Of a DNA stretch of 64,000 nt, positions 27,901 to 42,000 are shown one piece after another. The notes under the pieces were generated by a model. The model was not told where the DNA came from and searched no databases. It saw only the letters and a list, made by a program, of their open reading frames with translations. This stretch comes from Eledone cirrhosa (lineage: Eukaryota): NCBI GenBank assembly GCA_964016885.1, contig OZ024754.1, positions 20,150,001-20,214,000 on the forward strand, read 5' to 3'. Position numbers and translations under genes: made by a program. The stretch's first letter is position 1. Each line of letters opens with the position of its first letter.

Positions 27901-30100
27901 ACAGTCTTAGATTAAGTCACTTGCCAGACTGTGGCTAAAATGACTCTTCCATGATATAGTTACTTTAGTTTCAACACAGTCTCAGATCAAGTTACTTGCC
28001 AGACATGTACAACTGTGGCTAAAATGACTCTTCCATGATATAGTTACTTTAGTTTCAACACAATCTCAGATCAAGTCACTTGCCAGACGTGTACAACTGT
28101 GGCTAAAATGACTCTTCCATGATATAGTTACTTTAGTTTCAACACAGTCTCAGATCAAGTCACTTGCCAGACATGTACAACTGTGGCTAAAATGATTCTT
28201 CCATGATATAGTTACTTTAGTTTCAACACAATCTCAGATCAAGTCACTTGCCAGACATGTACAACTGTGTCGAAAATGACGCTTCCATGATATAGTTACT
28301 TTAGTTTCAACACAATCTCAGATCAAGTCACTTGCCAGACATGTACAACTGTGGCTAAAATGACAATCTCAGATCAAATCACTTGCCAGACATGTACAAC
28401 TGTGGCGAAAATGACGCTTCCATGATATAGTTACTTTAGTTTCAACACAATCTCAGATCAAGTCACTTGCCAGACATGTACAACTGTGGCTAAAATCGCT
28501 CTTCCATGATATAGTTACTTTAGTTTCAACACAATCTCAGATCAAGTCACTTGCCAGACATGTACAACTGTGGCTAAAATGACTCTTCCATAATATAGTT
28601 ACTTTAGTTTCAACACTGTCTTAGATCAAGTCACTTGCCAGGCTGTGGCTAAAATGACTCTTCCATAATATAGTTACTTTAGTTTCAACACAGTCTAAGA
28701 TCAAGTCACTTGCCAGACATGTACAACTGTGGCTAAAATGACTCTTCCATGATATAGTTACTTTAGTTTCAACACAGTCTCAGATCAAGTCACTTGCCAG
28801 GCATGTACAACTGTGGCTAAAATGACTCTTCCATGATATAGTTACTTTAGTTTCAACACAATCTCAGATCAGTTCACTTGCCAAACATGAACAACTGTGG
28901 CTAAAATGACCCTTCCATGATATAGTTACTTTAGTTTCAACACAATATCAGATCCAGTCACTTGTGAGATATGTACAACTGTGGCTAAAATGACTCTTCC
29001 ATGATATAGTTACTTTAGTTTCAACACAATCTTAGATCATGTCACTTGCCAGACTGTGGCTAAAATGACTCTTCCATGATATAGTTACTTTAGTTTCAAC
29101 ACAGTCTCAGATCAAGTTACTTGCCAGACATGTACAACTGTGGCTAAAATGACTCTTCCATGATATAGTTACTTTAGTTTCAACACAATCTCAGATCAAG
29201 TCACTTGCCAGACATGTACAACTGTGGCGAAAATGACGCTTCCATGATATAGTTACTTTAGTTTCAACACAATCTCAGATCAAGTCACTTGCCAGACATG
29301 TACAACTGTGGCTAAAATGACTCTTCCATGATATAGTTACTTTAGTTTCAACACAGTCTCAGATCAAGTCACTTGCCAGACATGTACAACTGTGGGCTAA
29401 AATGACTCTTCCATGATATAGTTACTTTAGTTTCAACACAATCTCAGATCAAGTCACTTGCCAGACATGTACAACTGTGGCGAAAATGACGCTTCCATGA
29501 TATAGTTACTTTAGTTTCAACACAGTCTCAGATCAAGTTACTTGCCAGACATGTACATCTGTGGCTAAAATGACTCTTCCATGATATAGTTACTTTAGTT
29601 TCAACACAATCTCAGATCAAGTCACTTGCCAGACATGTACAACTGTGGCTAAAATGACTCTTCCATGATATAGTTACTTTAGTTTCAACACAGTCTCAGA
29701 TCAAGTCACTTGCCAGACATGTACAACTGTGGCTAAAATGATTCTTCCATGATATAGTTACTTTAGTTTCAACACAGTCTCAGATCAAGTCACTTGCCAG
29801 ACATATACAACTGTGGCTAAAATGACTCTTCCATGATATAGTTACTTTAGTTTCAACACAATCTCAGATCAAGTCACTTGCCAGACATGTACAACTGTGG
29901 CGAAAATGACGCTTCCATGATATAGTTACTTTAGTTTCAACACAATCTCAGATCAAGTCACTTGCCAGACATGTACAACTGTGGCTAAAATCGCTCTTCC
30001 ATGATATAGTTACTTTAGTTTCAACACAATCTCAGATCAAGTCACTTGCCAGACATGTACAACTGTGGCTAAAATCGCTCTTCCATGATATAGTTACTTT
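15901..30100 (+). repeat. Satellite sub-domain B (middle)
   Basis: Diagnostic variants: GGCGAAAATGACGC (about 16779-29899), CAGGTCACTTGCCAAACATGAAC, ATCCAGTCACTTGCGAG and CCATAATA. Boundaries are approximate. Confidence 0.75.
21140..29510 (+). repeat. Tandem duplication with a 4609-bp (56-monomer) offset; second copy partial (about 25749-29510)
   Basis: CTTTCGTTTC 21281/25890, the 33-bp deletion junction ATGACAATCT 23751/28360, and the +1G CTGTGGGCTA 24781/29390 are all 4609 apart. 4609 = 56x84 - 63 - 33 + 1. Confidence 0.92.
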
Positions 30101-30875
30101 AGTTTCAACACAATCTCAGATCAGGTCACTTGCCAGACATGTACAACAGTGGCTAAAATGACTCTTCCATGATATAGTTACTTTAGTTTCAACACAGTCT
30201 CAGATCAAGTTACTTGCCAGACATGTACAACTGTGGCTAAAATGACTCTTCCATGATATAGTTACTTTAGTTTCAACACAGTCTCAGATCAAGTTACTTG
30301 CCAGACATGTACAACTGTGGCTAAAATGACTCTTCCATGATATAGTTACTTTAGTTTCAACACAATCTCAGATCAAGTCACTTGCCAGACATGTACAACT
30401 GTGGCTAAAGTGACTCTTCCATGATATAGTTACTTTAGTTTCAACACAGTCTCAGATCAAGTCACTTGCCAGACATGTAAAACTGTGGCTAAAATGACTC
30501 TTCCGTGATATAGTTACTTTAGTTTCAACACAGTCTCAGATCAAGTCACTTGCCAGACATGTACAACTGTGGCTGAAATGACTCTTCCATGATATAGTTA
30601 CTTTAGTTTCAACACAATCTCAGATCAGGTCACTTGCCAGACATGTACAACAGTGGCTAAAATGACTCTTCCATGATATAGTTACTTTAGTTTCAACACA
30701 GTTTCAGATCAAGTCACTTGCCAGACATATACAACTGTGGCTAAAATGACTCTTCCATGATATATTTACTTTAGTTTCAACACAGTCACAGATCAAGTCA
30801 CTTGCCAGACATGTACAACTGTGGCTAAAATCGCTCTTCCATGATATAGTTACTTTAGTTTCAACACAATCTCAG

Positions 30876-31085
30876 ATGAAGTCACTTGCCAGACATGTAC
30901 ATCTGTGGCTAAAATCGCTCTTACATGATATAGTTACTTTAGTTTCAACACAGTCTCAGATCAAGTCACTTGCCAGACATGTACAACTGTGGCTAAAATG
31001 TCTCTTCCATGATATAGTTACTTTAGTTTCAACACAATCTCAGATCAAGTCACTTGCCAGACATGTACAACCGTGGCTAAAATGA
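30876..31085 (+). other. Satellite-derived 69-codon ORF cassette (first of 10 copies, last at 60966-61175); probably non-coding
   Basis: It arises from ATC>ATG plus TGA>TCG and TGA>TGT in successive monomers. The translation is just the 28-residue monomer reading repeated, with no recognisable domain. Confidence refers to the cassette as a repeat variant, not to expression. Confidence 0.6.
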
Positions 31086-34000
31086 CTCTTCCATGATATA
31101 GTTACTTTAGTTTCAACACTGTCTTAGATCTAGTCACTTGCCAGACTGTGGCTAAAATGACTCTCCCATGATATAGTTACTTTAGTTTCAAAACAGTCTC
31201 AGATCAAGTCACTTGCCAGACATGTACATCTGTGGCTAAAATGACTCTTCCATGATATAGTTTCTTTAGTTTCAACACAGTCTCAGATCAAGTCACTTGC
31301 CAGACATGTACAACTGTGGCTAAAATGACTCTTCCATGATATAGTTACTTTAGTTTCAACACAATCTCAGATCAAGTCACTTACCAGACATGTACAACAG
31401 TGGCTAAAATGACTCTTCCATGATATAGTTACTTTAGTTTCAACACAGTTTCAGATCAAGTCACTTGCCAGACATGTACAACTGTGGCTAAAATGACTCT
31501 TCCATGATATAGTTACTTTAGTTTCAACACAGTCACAGATCAAGTCACTTGCCAGACATGTACAACTATGGCTAAAATGACTCTTCCATGATATAGTTAC
31601 TTTAGTTTCAACACAATCTCATATCAAGTTACTTGCCAGACATGTACAACAGTGGCTAAAATGACTCTTCCATGATATAGTTACTTTAGTTTCAACACAG
31701 TCACAGATCAAGTCACTTGCCAGACATGTACAACTGTGGCTAAAATGACTCTTCCGTGATATAGTTACTTTAGTTTCAACACAGTCTCAGATCAAGTCAC
31801 TTGTCATACATGTACAACTGTGGCTAAAATGACTCTTCCATGATATAGTTACTTTATTTTCAACACAGTCACAGATCAAGTCACTTGCCAGACACGTACA
31901 ACTATGGCTAAAATGACTCTTCCATGATATAGTTACTTTAGTTTCAACACAATCTCCGATCAAGTCACTTGCCAGACATGTACAACTGTGGCTAAAATGA
32001 CTCTTCCATGATATAGTTACTTTAGTTTCAACACAGTCTCAGATCAGATCACTTGCCAAACATGAACAACTGTGGCTAAAATGACTCTTCCATGATATAG
32101 TTACTTTAGTTTCAACACAATCTCAGATGCAGTCACTTGCGAGACATGTACAACTGTGGCTAAAATGACTCTTCCATGATATAGTTACTTTAGTTTCAAC
32201 ACAGTCACAGATCAAGTCACTTGCCAGACACGTACAACTATGGCTAAAATGACTCTTCCATGATATAGTTACTTTAGTTTCAACACAATCTCAGATCAAG
32301 TCACTTGCCAGACATGTACAACTGTGGCTAAAATGACTCTTCCATGATATAGTTACTTTAGTTTCAACACAGTCTCAGATCAGATCACTTGCCAAACATG
32401 AACAACTGTGGCTAAAATGACTCTTCCATGATATAGTTACTTTAGTTTCAACACAATCTCAGATGCAGTCACTTGCGAGACATGTACAACTGTGGCTAAA
32501 ATGACTCTTCCATGATATAGTTACTTTAGTTTCAACACAGTCGTAGATCAAGTCACTTGCCAGACTGTGGCTAAAATGACTCTTCCATGATATAGTTACT
32601 TTAGTTTCAACACAGTCTCAGATCAAGTTACTTGCCAGACATGTACAACTGTGGCTAAAATGACTCTTCCATGATATAGTTACTTTAGTTTCAACACAAT
32701 CTCAGATCAAGTCACTTGCCAGACATGTACAACTGTGGCTAAAGTGACTCTTCCATGATATAGTTACTTTAGTTTCAACACAGTCTCAGATCAAGTCACT
32801 TGCCAGACATGTAAAACTGTGGCTAAAATGATTCTTCCGTGATATAGTTACTTTAGTTTCAACACAATCTCAGATCAAGTCACTTGCCAGACATGTACAA
32901 CCGTGGCTAAAATGACTCTTCCATGATATAGTTACTTTAGTTTCAACACTGTCTTAGATCTAGTCACTTGCCAGACTGTGGCTAAAATGACTCTCCCATG
33001 ATATAGTTACTTTAGTTTCAAAACAGTCTCAGATCAAGTCACTTGCCAGACATGTACATCTGTGGCTAAAATGACTCTTCCATGATATAGTTTCTTTAGT
33101 TTCAACACAGTCTCAGATCAAGTCACTTGCCAGACATGTACAACTGTGGCTAAAATGACTCTTCCATGATATAGTTACTTTAGTTTCAACACAATCTCAG
33201 ATCAAGTCACTTACCAGGCATGTACAACAGTGGCTAAAATGACTCTTCCATGATATAGTTACTTTAGTTTCAACACAGTTTCAGATCAAGTCACTTGCCA
33301 GACATGTACAACTGTGGCTAAAATGACTCTTCCATGATATAGTTACTTTAGTTTCAACACAGTCACAGATCAAGTCACTTGCCAGACATGTACAACTTTG
33401 GCTAAAATGACTCTTCCATGATATAGTTACTTTAGTTTCAACACAATCTCATATCAAGTTACTTGCCAGACATGTACAACAGTGGCTAAAATGACTCTTC
33501 CATGATATAGTTACTTTAGTTTCAACACAGTCACAGATCAAGTCACTTGCCAGACATGTACAACTGTAGCTAAAATGACTCTTCCGTGATATAGTTACTT
33601 TAGTTTCAACACAGTCTCAGATCAAGTCACTTGTCATACATGTACAACTGTGGCTAAAATGACTCTTCCATGATATAGTTACTTTATTTTCAACACAGTC
33701 ACAGATCAAGTCACTTGCCAGACACGTACAACTATGGCTAAAATGACTCTTCCATGATATAGTTACTTTAGTTTCAACACAATCTCCGATCAAGTCACTT
33801 GCCAGACATGTACAACTGTGGCTAAAATGACTCTTCCATGATATAGTTACTTTAGTTTCAACACAGTCTCAGATCAGATCACTTGCCAAACATGAACAAC
33901 TGTGGCTAAAATGACTCTTCCATGATATAGTTACTTTAGTTTCAACACAATCTCAGATGCAGTCACTTGCGAGACATGTACAACTGTGGCTAAAATGACT

Positions 34001-37000
34001 CTTCCATGATATAGTTACTTTAGTTTCAACACAGTCTCAGATCAGATCACTTGCCAAACATGAACAACTGTGGCTAAAATGACTCTTCCATGATATAGTT
34101 ACTTTAGTTTCAACACAATCTCAGATGCAGTCACTTGCGAGACATGTACAACTGTGGCTAAAATGACTCTTCCATGATATAGTTACTTTAGTTTCAACAC
34201 AGTCGTAGATCAAGTCACTTGCCAGACTGTGGCTAAAATGACTCTTCCATGATATAGTTACTTTAGTTTCAACACAGTCTCAGATCAAGTTACTTGCCAG
34301 ACATGTACAACTGTGGCTAAAATGACTCTTCCATGATATAGTTACTTTAGTTTCAACACAATCTCAGATCAAGTCACTTGCCAGACATGTACAACTGTGG
34401 CTAAAGTGACTCTTCCATGATATAGTTACTTTAGTTTCAACACAGTCTCAGATCAAGTCACTTGCCAGACATGTAAAACTGTGGCTAAAATGATTCTTCC
34501 GTGATATAGTTACTTTAGTTTCAACACAATCTCAGATCAAGTCACTTGCCAGACATGTACAACTGTGGCTAAAATGACTCTTCCATGATATAGTTACTTT
34601 AGTTTCAACACTGTCTTAGATCTAGTCACTTGCCAGACTGTGGCTAAAATGATTCTCCCATGATATAGTTACTTTAGTTTCAAAACAGTCTCAGATCAAG
34701 TCACTTGCCAGACATGTACATCTGTGGCTAAAATGACTCTTCCATGATATAGTTTCTTTAGTTTCAACACAGTCTCAGATCAAGTCACTTGCCAGACATG
34801 TACAACTGTGGCTAAAATGACTCTTCCATGATATAGTTACTATAGTTTCAACACAGTCTCAGATCAAGTCACTTGCCAGACATGTACAACTGTGTCTAAA
34901 ATGACACTTCCATGATATAGTTACTTTAGTTTCAACACAGTCTCAGATCAAGTCACTTGCCAGACATGTACAACTGTGGCTGAAATGACTCTTCCATGAT
35001 ATAGTTACTTTAGTTTCAACACAGTCACAGATGAAGTCACTTGCCAGACATGTACAACTGAGGCTAAAATGACTCTTCCATGATATAGTTACTTTAGTTT
35101 CAACACAATCTCAGATCAAATCACTTACCAGACATGTACAACAGTGGCTAAAATGACTCTTCCATGATATAGTTACTTTAGTTTCAACACAATCTCAGAT
35201 CAAGTCACTTACCAGACATGTACAACAGTGGCTAAAATGACTCTTCCATGATATAGTTACTTTAGTTTCAACACAGTTTCAGATCAAGTCACTTGCCAGA
35301 CATGTACAACTGTGGCTAAAATGACTCTTCCATGATATAGTTACTTTAGTTTCAACACAGTCACAGATCAAGTCACTTGCCAGACATGTACAACTTTGGC
35401 TAAAATGACTCTTCCATGATATAGTTACTTTAGTTTCAACACAATCTCATATCAAGTTACTTGCCAGACATGTACAACAGTGGCTAAAATGACTCTTCCA
35501 TGATATAGTTACTTTAGTTTCAACACAGTCACAGATCAAGTCACTTGCCAGACATGTACAACTGTAGCTAAAATGACTCTTCCGTGATATAGTTACTTTA
35601 GTTTCAACACAGTCTCAGATCAAGTCACTTGTCATACATGTACAACTGTGGCTAAAATGACTCTTCCATGATATAGTTACTTTATTTTCAACACAGTCAC
35701 AGATCAAGTCACTTGCCAGACACGTACAACTATGGCTAAAATGACTCTTCCATGATATAGTTACTTTAGTTTCAACACAATCTCCGATCAAGTCACTTGC
35801 CAGACATGTACAACTGTGGCTAAAATGACTCTTCCATGATATAGTTACTTTAGTTTCAACACAGTCTCAGATCAGATCACTTGCCAAACATGAACAACTG
35901 TGGCTAAAATGACTCTTCCATGATATAGTTACTTTAGTTTCAACACAATCTCAGATGCAGTCACTTGCGAGACATGTACAACTGTGGCTAAAATGACTCT
36001 TCCATGATATAGTTACTTTAGTTTCAACACAGTCACAGATCAAGTCACTTGCCAGACACGTACAACTATGGCTAAAATGACTCTTCCATGATATAGTTAC
36101 TTTAGTTTCAACACAATCTCAGATCAAGTCACTTGCCAGACATGTACAACTGTGGCTAAAATGACTCTTCCATGATATAGTTACTTTAGTTTCAACACAG
36201 TCTCAGATCAGATCACTTGCCAAACATGAACAACTGTGGCTAAAATGACTCTTCCATGATATAGTTACTTTAGTTTCAACACAATCTCAGATGCAGTCAC
36301 TTGCGAGACATGTACAACTGTGGCTAAAATGACTCTTCCATGATATAGTTACTTTAGTTTCAACACAGTCGTAGATCAAGTCACTTGCCAGACTGTGGCT
36401 AAAATGACTCTTCCATGATATAGTTACTTTAGTTTCAACACAGTCTCAGATCAAGTTACTTGCCAGACATGTACAACTGTGTCTAAAATGACTCTTCCAT
36501 GATATAGTTACTTTAGTTTCAACACAATCTCAGATCAAGTCACTTGCCAGACATGTACAACTGTGGCTAAAGTGACTCTTCCATGATATAGTTACTTTAG
36601 TTTCAACACAGTCTCAGATCAAGTCACTTGCCAGACATGTAAAACTGTGGCTAAAATGATTCTTCCGTGATATAGTTACTTTAGTTTCAACACAATCTCA
36701 GATCAAGTCACTTGCCAGACATGTACAACTGTGGCTAAAATGACTCTTCCATGATATAGTTACTTTAGTTTCAACACTGTCTTAGATCTAGTCACTTGCC
36801 AGACTGTGGCTAAAATGATTCTCCCATGATATAGTTACTTTAGTTTCAAAACAGTCTCAGATCAAGTCACTTGCCAGACATGTACATCTGTGGCTAAAAT
36901 GACTCTTCCATGATATAGTTTCTTTAGTTTCAACACAGTCTCAGATCAAGTCACTTGCCAGACATGTACAACTGTGGCTAAAATGACTCTTCCATGATAT

Positions 37001-37600
37001 AGTTACTATAGTTTCAACACAGTCTCAGATCAAGTCACTTGCCAGACATGTACAACTGTGTCTAAAATGACACTTCCATGATATAGTTACTTTAGTTTCA
37101 ACACAGTCTCAGATCAAGTCACTTGCCAGACATGTACAACTGTGGCTGAAATGACTCTTCCATGATATAGTTACTTTAGTTTCAACACAGTCACAGATGA
37201 AGTCACTTGCCAGACATGTACAACTGAGGCTAAAATGACTCTTCCATGATATAGTTACTTTAGTTTCAACACAATCTCAGATCAAATCACTTACCAGACA
37301 TGTACAACAGTGGCTAAAATGACTCTTCCATGATATAGTTACTTTAGTTTCAACACAGTTTCAGATCAAGTCACTTGCCAGACATGTACAACTGTGGCTA
37401 AAATGACTCTTCCATGATATAGTTACTTTAGTTTCAACACAGTCACAGATCAAGTCACTTGCCAGACATGTACAACTATGGCTAAAATGACTCTTCCATG
37501 ATATAGTTACTTTAGTTTCAACACAATCTCATATCAAGTTACTTGCCAGACATGTACAACTGTGGCTAAAATGACTCTTCCATGATATAGTTACTTTAGT
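31050..37600 (+). repeat. Cluster of nested about 2-kb duplications (offsets 1830, 1662, 1998 and 2166 bp, i.e. 22, 20, 24 and 26 monomers)
   Basis: GTCTTAGATCTAG deletion monomers sit at 31121, 32951, 34613 and 36779. CTGTAGC occurs at 33564/35562 and GATTCTCCC at 34651/36817. Each offset equals n x 84 - 18. Confidence 0.75.
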
Positions 37601-39099
37601 TTCAACACAGTCACAGATCAAGTCACTTGCCAGACATGTACAACTGTGGCTAAAATGACTCTTCCGTGATATAGTTACTTTAGTTTCAACACAGTCTCAG
37701 ATCAAGTCACTTGTCGTACATGTACAACTGTGGCTAAAATGACTCTTCCATGATATAGTTACTTTAGTTTCAACACAATCTCAGATCAAGTCACTTGCCA
37801 GACATGTACAACTGTGGCTAAAATGACTCTTCCATGATATAGTTACTTTAGTTTCAACACAGTCTCAGATCAGATCACTTGCCAAACATGAACAACTGTG
37901 GCTAAAATGACTCTTCCATGATATAGTTACTTTAGTTTCAACACAATCTCAGATGCAGTCACTTGCGAGACATGTACAACTGTGGCTAAAATGACTCTTC
38001 CATGATATAGTTACTTTAGTTTCAACACAGTCGTAGATCAAGTCACTTGCCAGACTGTGGCTAAAATGACTCTTCCATGATATAGTTACTTTAGTTTCAA
38101 CACAGTCTCAGATCAAGTTACTTGCCAGACATGTACAACTGTGGCTAAAATGACTCTTCCATGATATAGTTACTTTAGTTTCAACACAATCTCAGATCAA
38201 GTCACTTGCCAGACATGTACAACTGTGGCTAAAGTGACTCTTCCATGATATAGTTACTTTAGTTTCAACACAGTCTCAGATCAAGTCACTTGCCAGACAT
38301 GTAAAACTGTGGCTAAAATGACTCTTCCATGATATAGTTACTTTAGTTTCAACACAATCTCAGATCAAGTCACTTACCAGACATGTACAACAGTGGCTAA
38401 AATGACTCTTTCATGATATAGTTACTTTAGTTTCAACACAGTTTCAGATCAAGTCACTTGCCAGACATGTACAACTGTGGCTAAAATGACTCTTCCATGA
38501 TATAGTTACTTTAGTTTCAACACAGTCACAGATCAAGTCACTTGCCAGACATGTACAACTATGGCTAAAATGACTCTTCCATGATATAGTTACTTTAGTT
38601 TCAACACAATCTCATATCAAGTTACTTGCCAGATATGTACAACTGTGGCTAAAATGACTCTTCCATGATATAGTTACTTTAGTTTCAACACAGTCACAGA
38701 TCAAGTCACTTGCCAGACATGTACAACTGTGGCTAAAATGACTCTTCCGTGATATACTTACTTTAGTTTCAACACAGTCTCAGATCATGTCACTTGTCAT
38801 ACATGTACAACTGTGGCTAAAATGACTCTTCCATGATATAGTTACTTTATTTTCAACACAGTCACAGATCAAGTCACTTGCCAGACATGTACAACTGTGG
38901 CTAAAGTGACTCTTCCATGATATAGTTACTTTAGTTTCAACACAGTCTCAGATCAAGTCACTTGCCAGACATGTAAAACTGTGGCTAAAATGACTCTTCC
39001 GTGATATAGTTACTTTAGTTTCAACACAGTCTCAGATCAAGTCACTTGCCAGACATGTACAACTGTGGCTGAAATGACTCTTCCATGATATAGTTACTT

Positions 39100-42000
39100 T
39101 AGTTTCAACACAATCTCAGATCAGGTCACTTGCCAGACATGTACAACAGTGGCTAAAATGACTCTTCCATGATATAGTTACTTTAGTTTCAACACAGTTT
39201 CAGATCAAGTCACTTGCCAGACATATACAACTGTGGCTAAAATGACTCTTCCATGATATATTTACTTTAGTTTCAACACAGTCACAGATCAAGTCACTTG
39301 CCAGACATGTACAACTGTGGCTAAAATCGCTCTTCCATGATATAGTTACTTTAGTTTCAACACAATCTCAGATGAAGTCACTTGCCAGACATGTACATCT
39401 GTGGCTAAAATCGCTCTTACATGATATAGTTACTTTAGTTTCAACACAGTCTCAGATCAAGTCACTTGCCAGACATGTACAACTGTGGCTAAAATGTCTC
39501 TTCCATGATATAGTTACTTTAGTTTCAACACAATCTCAGATCAAGTCACTTGCCAGACATGTACAACCGTGGCTAAAATGAATCTTCCATGATATAGTTA
39601 CTTTAGTTTCAACACTGTCTTAGATCTAGTCACTTGCCAGACTGTGGCTAAAATGACTCTCCCATGATATAGTTACTTTAGTTTCAAAACAGTCTCAGAT
39701 CAAGTCACTTGCCAGACATGTACATCTGTGGCTAAAATGACTCTTCCATGATATAGTTTCTTTAGTTTCAACACAGTCTCAGATCAAGTCACTTGCCAGA
39801 CATGTACAACTGTGGCTAAAATGACTCTTCCATGATATAGTTACTATAGTTTCAACACAGTCTCAGATCAAGTCACTTGCCAGACATGTACAACTGTGGC
39901 TAAAATGACACTTCCATGATATAGTTACTTTAGTTTCAACACAGTCTCAGATCAAGTCACTTGCCAGACATGTACAACTATGGCTAAAATGACTCTTCCA
40001 TGATATAGTTACTTTAGTTTCAACACAATCTCATATCAAGTTACTTGCCAGACATGTACAACTGTGGCTAAAATGACTCTTCCATGATATAGTTACTTTA
40101 GTTTCAACACAGTCACAGATCAAGTCACTTGCCAGACATGTACAACTGTGGCTAAAATGACTCTTCCGTGATATAGTTACTTTAGTTTCAACACAGTCTC
40201 AGATCAAGTCACTTGTCATACATGTACAACTGTGGCTAAAATGACTCTTCCATGATATAGTTACTTTATTTTCAACACAGTCACAGATCAAGTCACTTGC
40301 CAGACACGTACAACTATGGCTAAAATGACTCTTCCATGATATAGTTACTTTAGTTTCAACACAATCTCAGATCAAGTCACTTGCCAGACATGTACAACTG
40401 TGGCTAAAATGACTCTTCCATGATATAGTTACTTTAGTTTCAACACAGTCTCAGATCAGATCACTTGCCAAACATGAACAACTGTGGCTAAAATGACTCT
40501 TCCATGATATAGTTACTTTAGTTTCAACACAATCTCAGATGCAGTCACTTGCGAGACATGTACAACTGTGGCTAAAATGACTCTTCCATGATATAGTTAC
40601 TTTAGTTTCAACACAGTCGTAGATCAAGTCACTTGCCAGACTGTGGCTAAAATGACTCTTCCATGATATAGTTACTTTAGTTTCAACACAGTCTCAGATC
40701 AAGTTACTTGCCAGACATGTACAACTGTGGCTAAAATGACTCTTCCATGATATAGTTACTTTAGTTTCAACACAATCTCAGATAAAGTCACTTGCCAGAC
40801 ATGTACAACTGTGGCTAAAGTGACTCTTCCATGATATAGTTACTTTAGTTTCAACACAGTCACAGATCAAGTCACTTGCCAGACATGTACAACTGTGGCT
40901 AAAATGACTCTTCCGTGATATAGTTACTTTAGTTTCAACACAGTCTCAGATCAAGTCACTTGTCATACATGTACAACTGTGGCTAAAATGACTCTTCCAT
41001 GATATAGTTACTTTATTTTCAACACAGTCACAGATCAAGTCACTTGCCAGACACGTACAACTATGGCTAAAACGACTCTTCCATGATATAGTTACTTTAG
41101 TTTCAACACAATCTCAGATCAAGTCACTTGCCAGACATGTACAACTGTGGCTAAAATGACTCTTCCATGATATAGTTACTTTAGTTTCAACACAGTCTCA
41201 GATCAGATCACTTGCCAAACATGAACAACTGTGGCTAAAATGACTCTTCCATGATATAGTTACTTTAGTTTCAACACAATCTCAGATGCAGTCACTTGCG
41301 AGACATGTACAACTGTGGCTAAAATGACTCTTCCATGATATAGTTACTTTAGTTTCAACACAGTCGTAGATCAAGTCACTTGCCAGACTGTGGCTAAAAT
41401 GACTCTTCCATGATATAGTTACTTTAGTTTCAACACAGTCTCAGATCAAGTTACTTGCCAGACATGTACAACTGTGGCTAAAATGACTCTTCCATGATAT
41501 AGTTACTTTAGTTTCAACACAATCTCAGATCAAGTCACTTGCCAGACATGTACAACTGTGGCTAAAGTGACTCTTCCATGATATAGTTACTTTAGTTTCA
41601 ACACAATCTCAGATCAAATCACTTACCAGACATGTACAACAGTGGCTAAAATGACTCTTCCATGATATAGTTACTTTAGTTTCAACACAGTCACAGATCA
41701 AGTCACTTGCCAGACATGTACAACTGTGGCTAAAATGACTCTTCCGTGATATAGTTACTTTAGTTTCAACACAGTCTCAGATCAAGTCACTTGTCATACA
41801 TGTACAACTGTGGCTAAAATGACTCTTCCATGATATAGTTACTTTATTTTCAACACAGTCACAGATCAAGTCACTTGCCAGACACGTACAACTATGGCTA
41901 AAATGACTCTTCCATGATATAGTTACTTTAGTTTCAACACAATCTCAGATCAAGTCACTTGCCAGACATGTACAACTGTGGCTAAAATGACTCTTCCATG

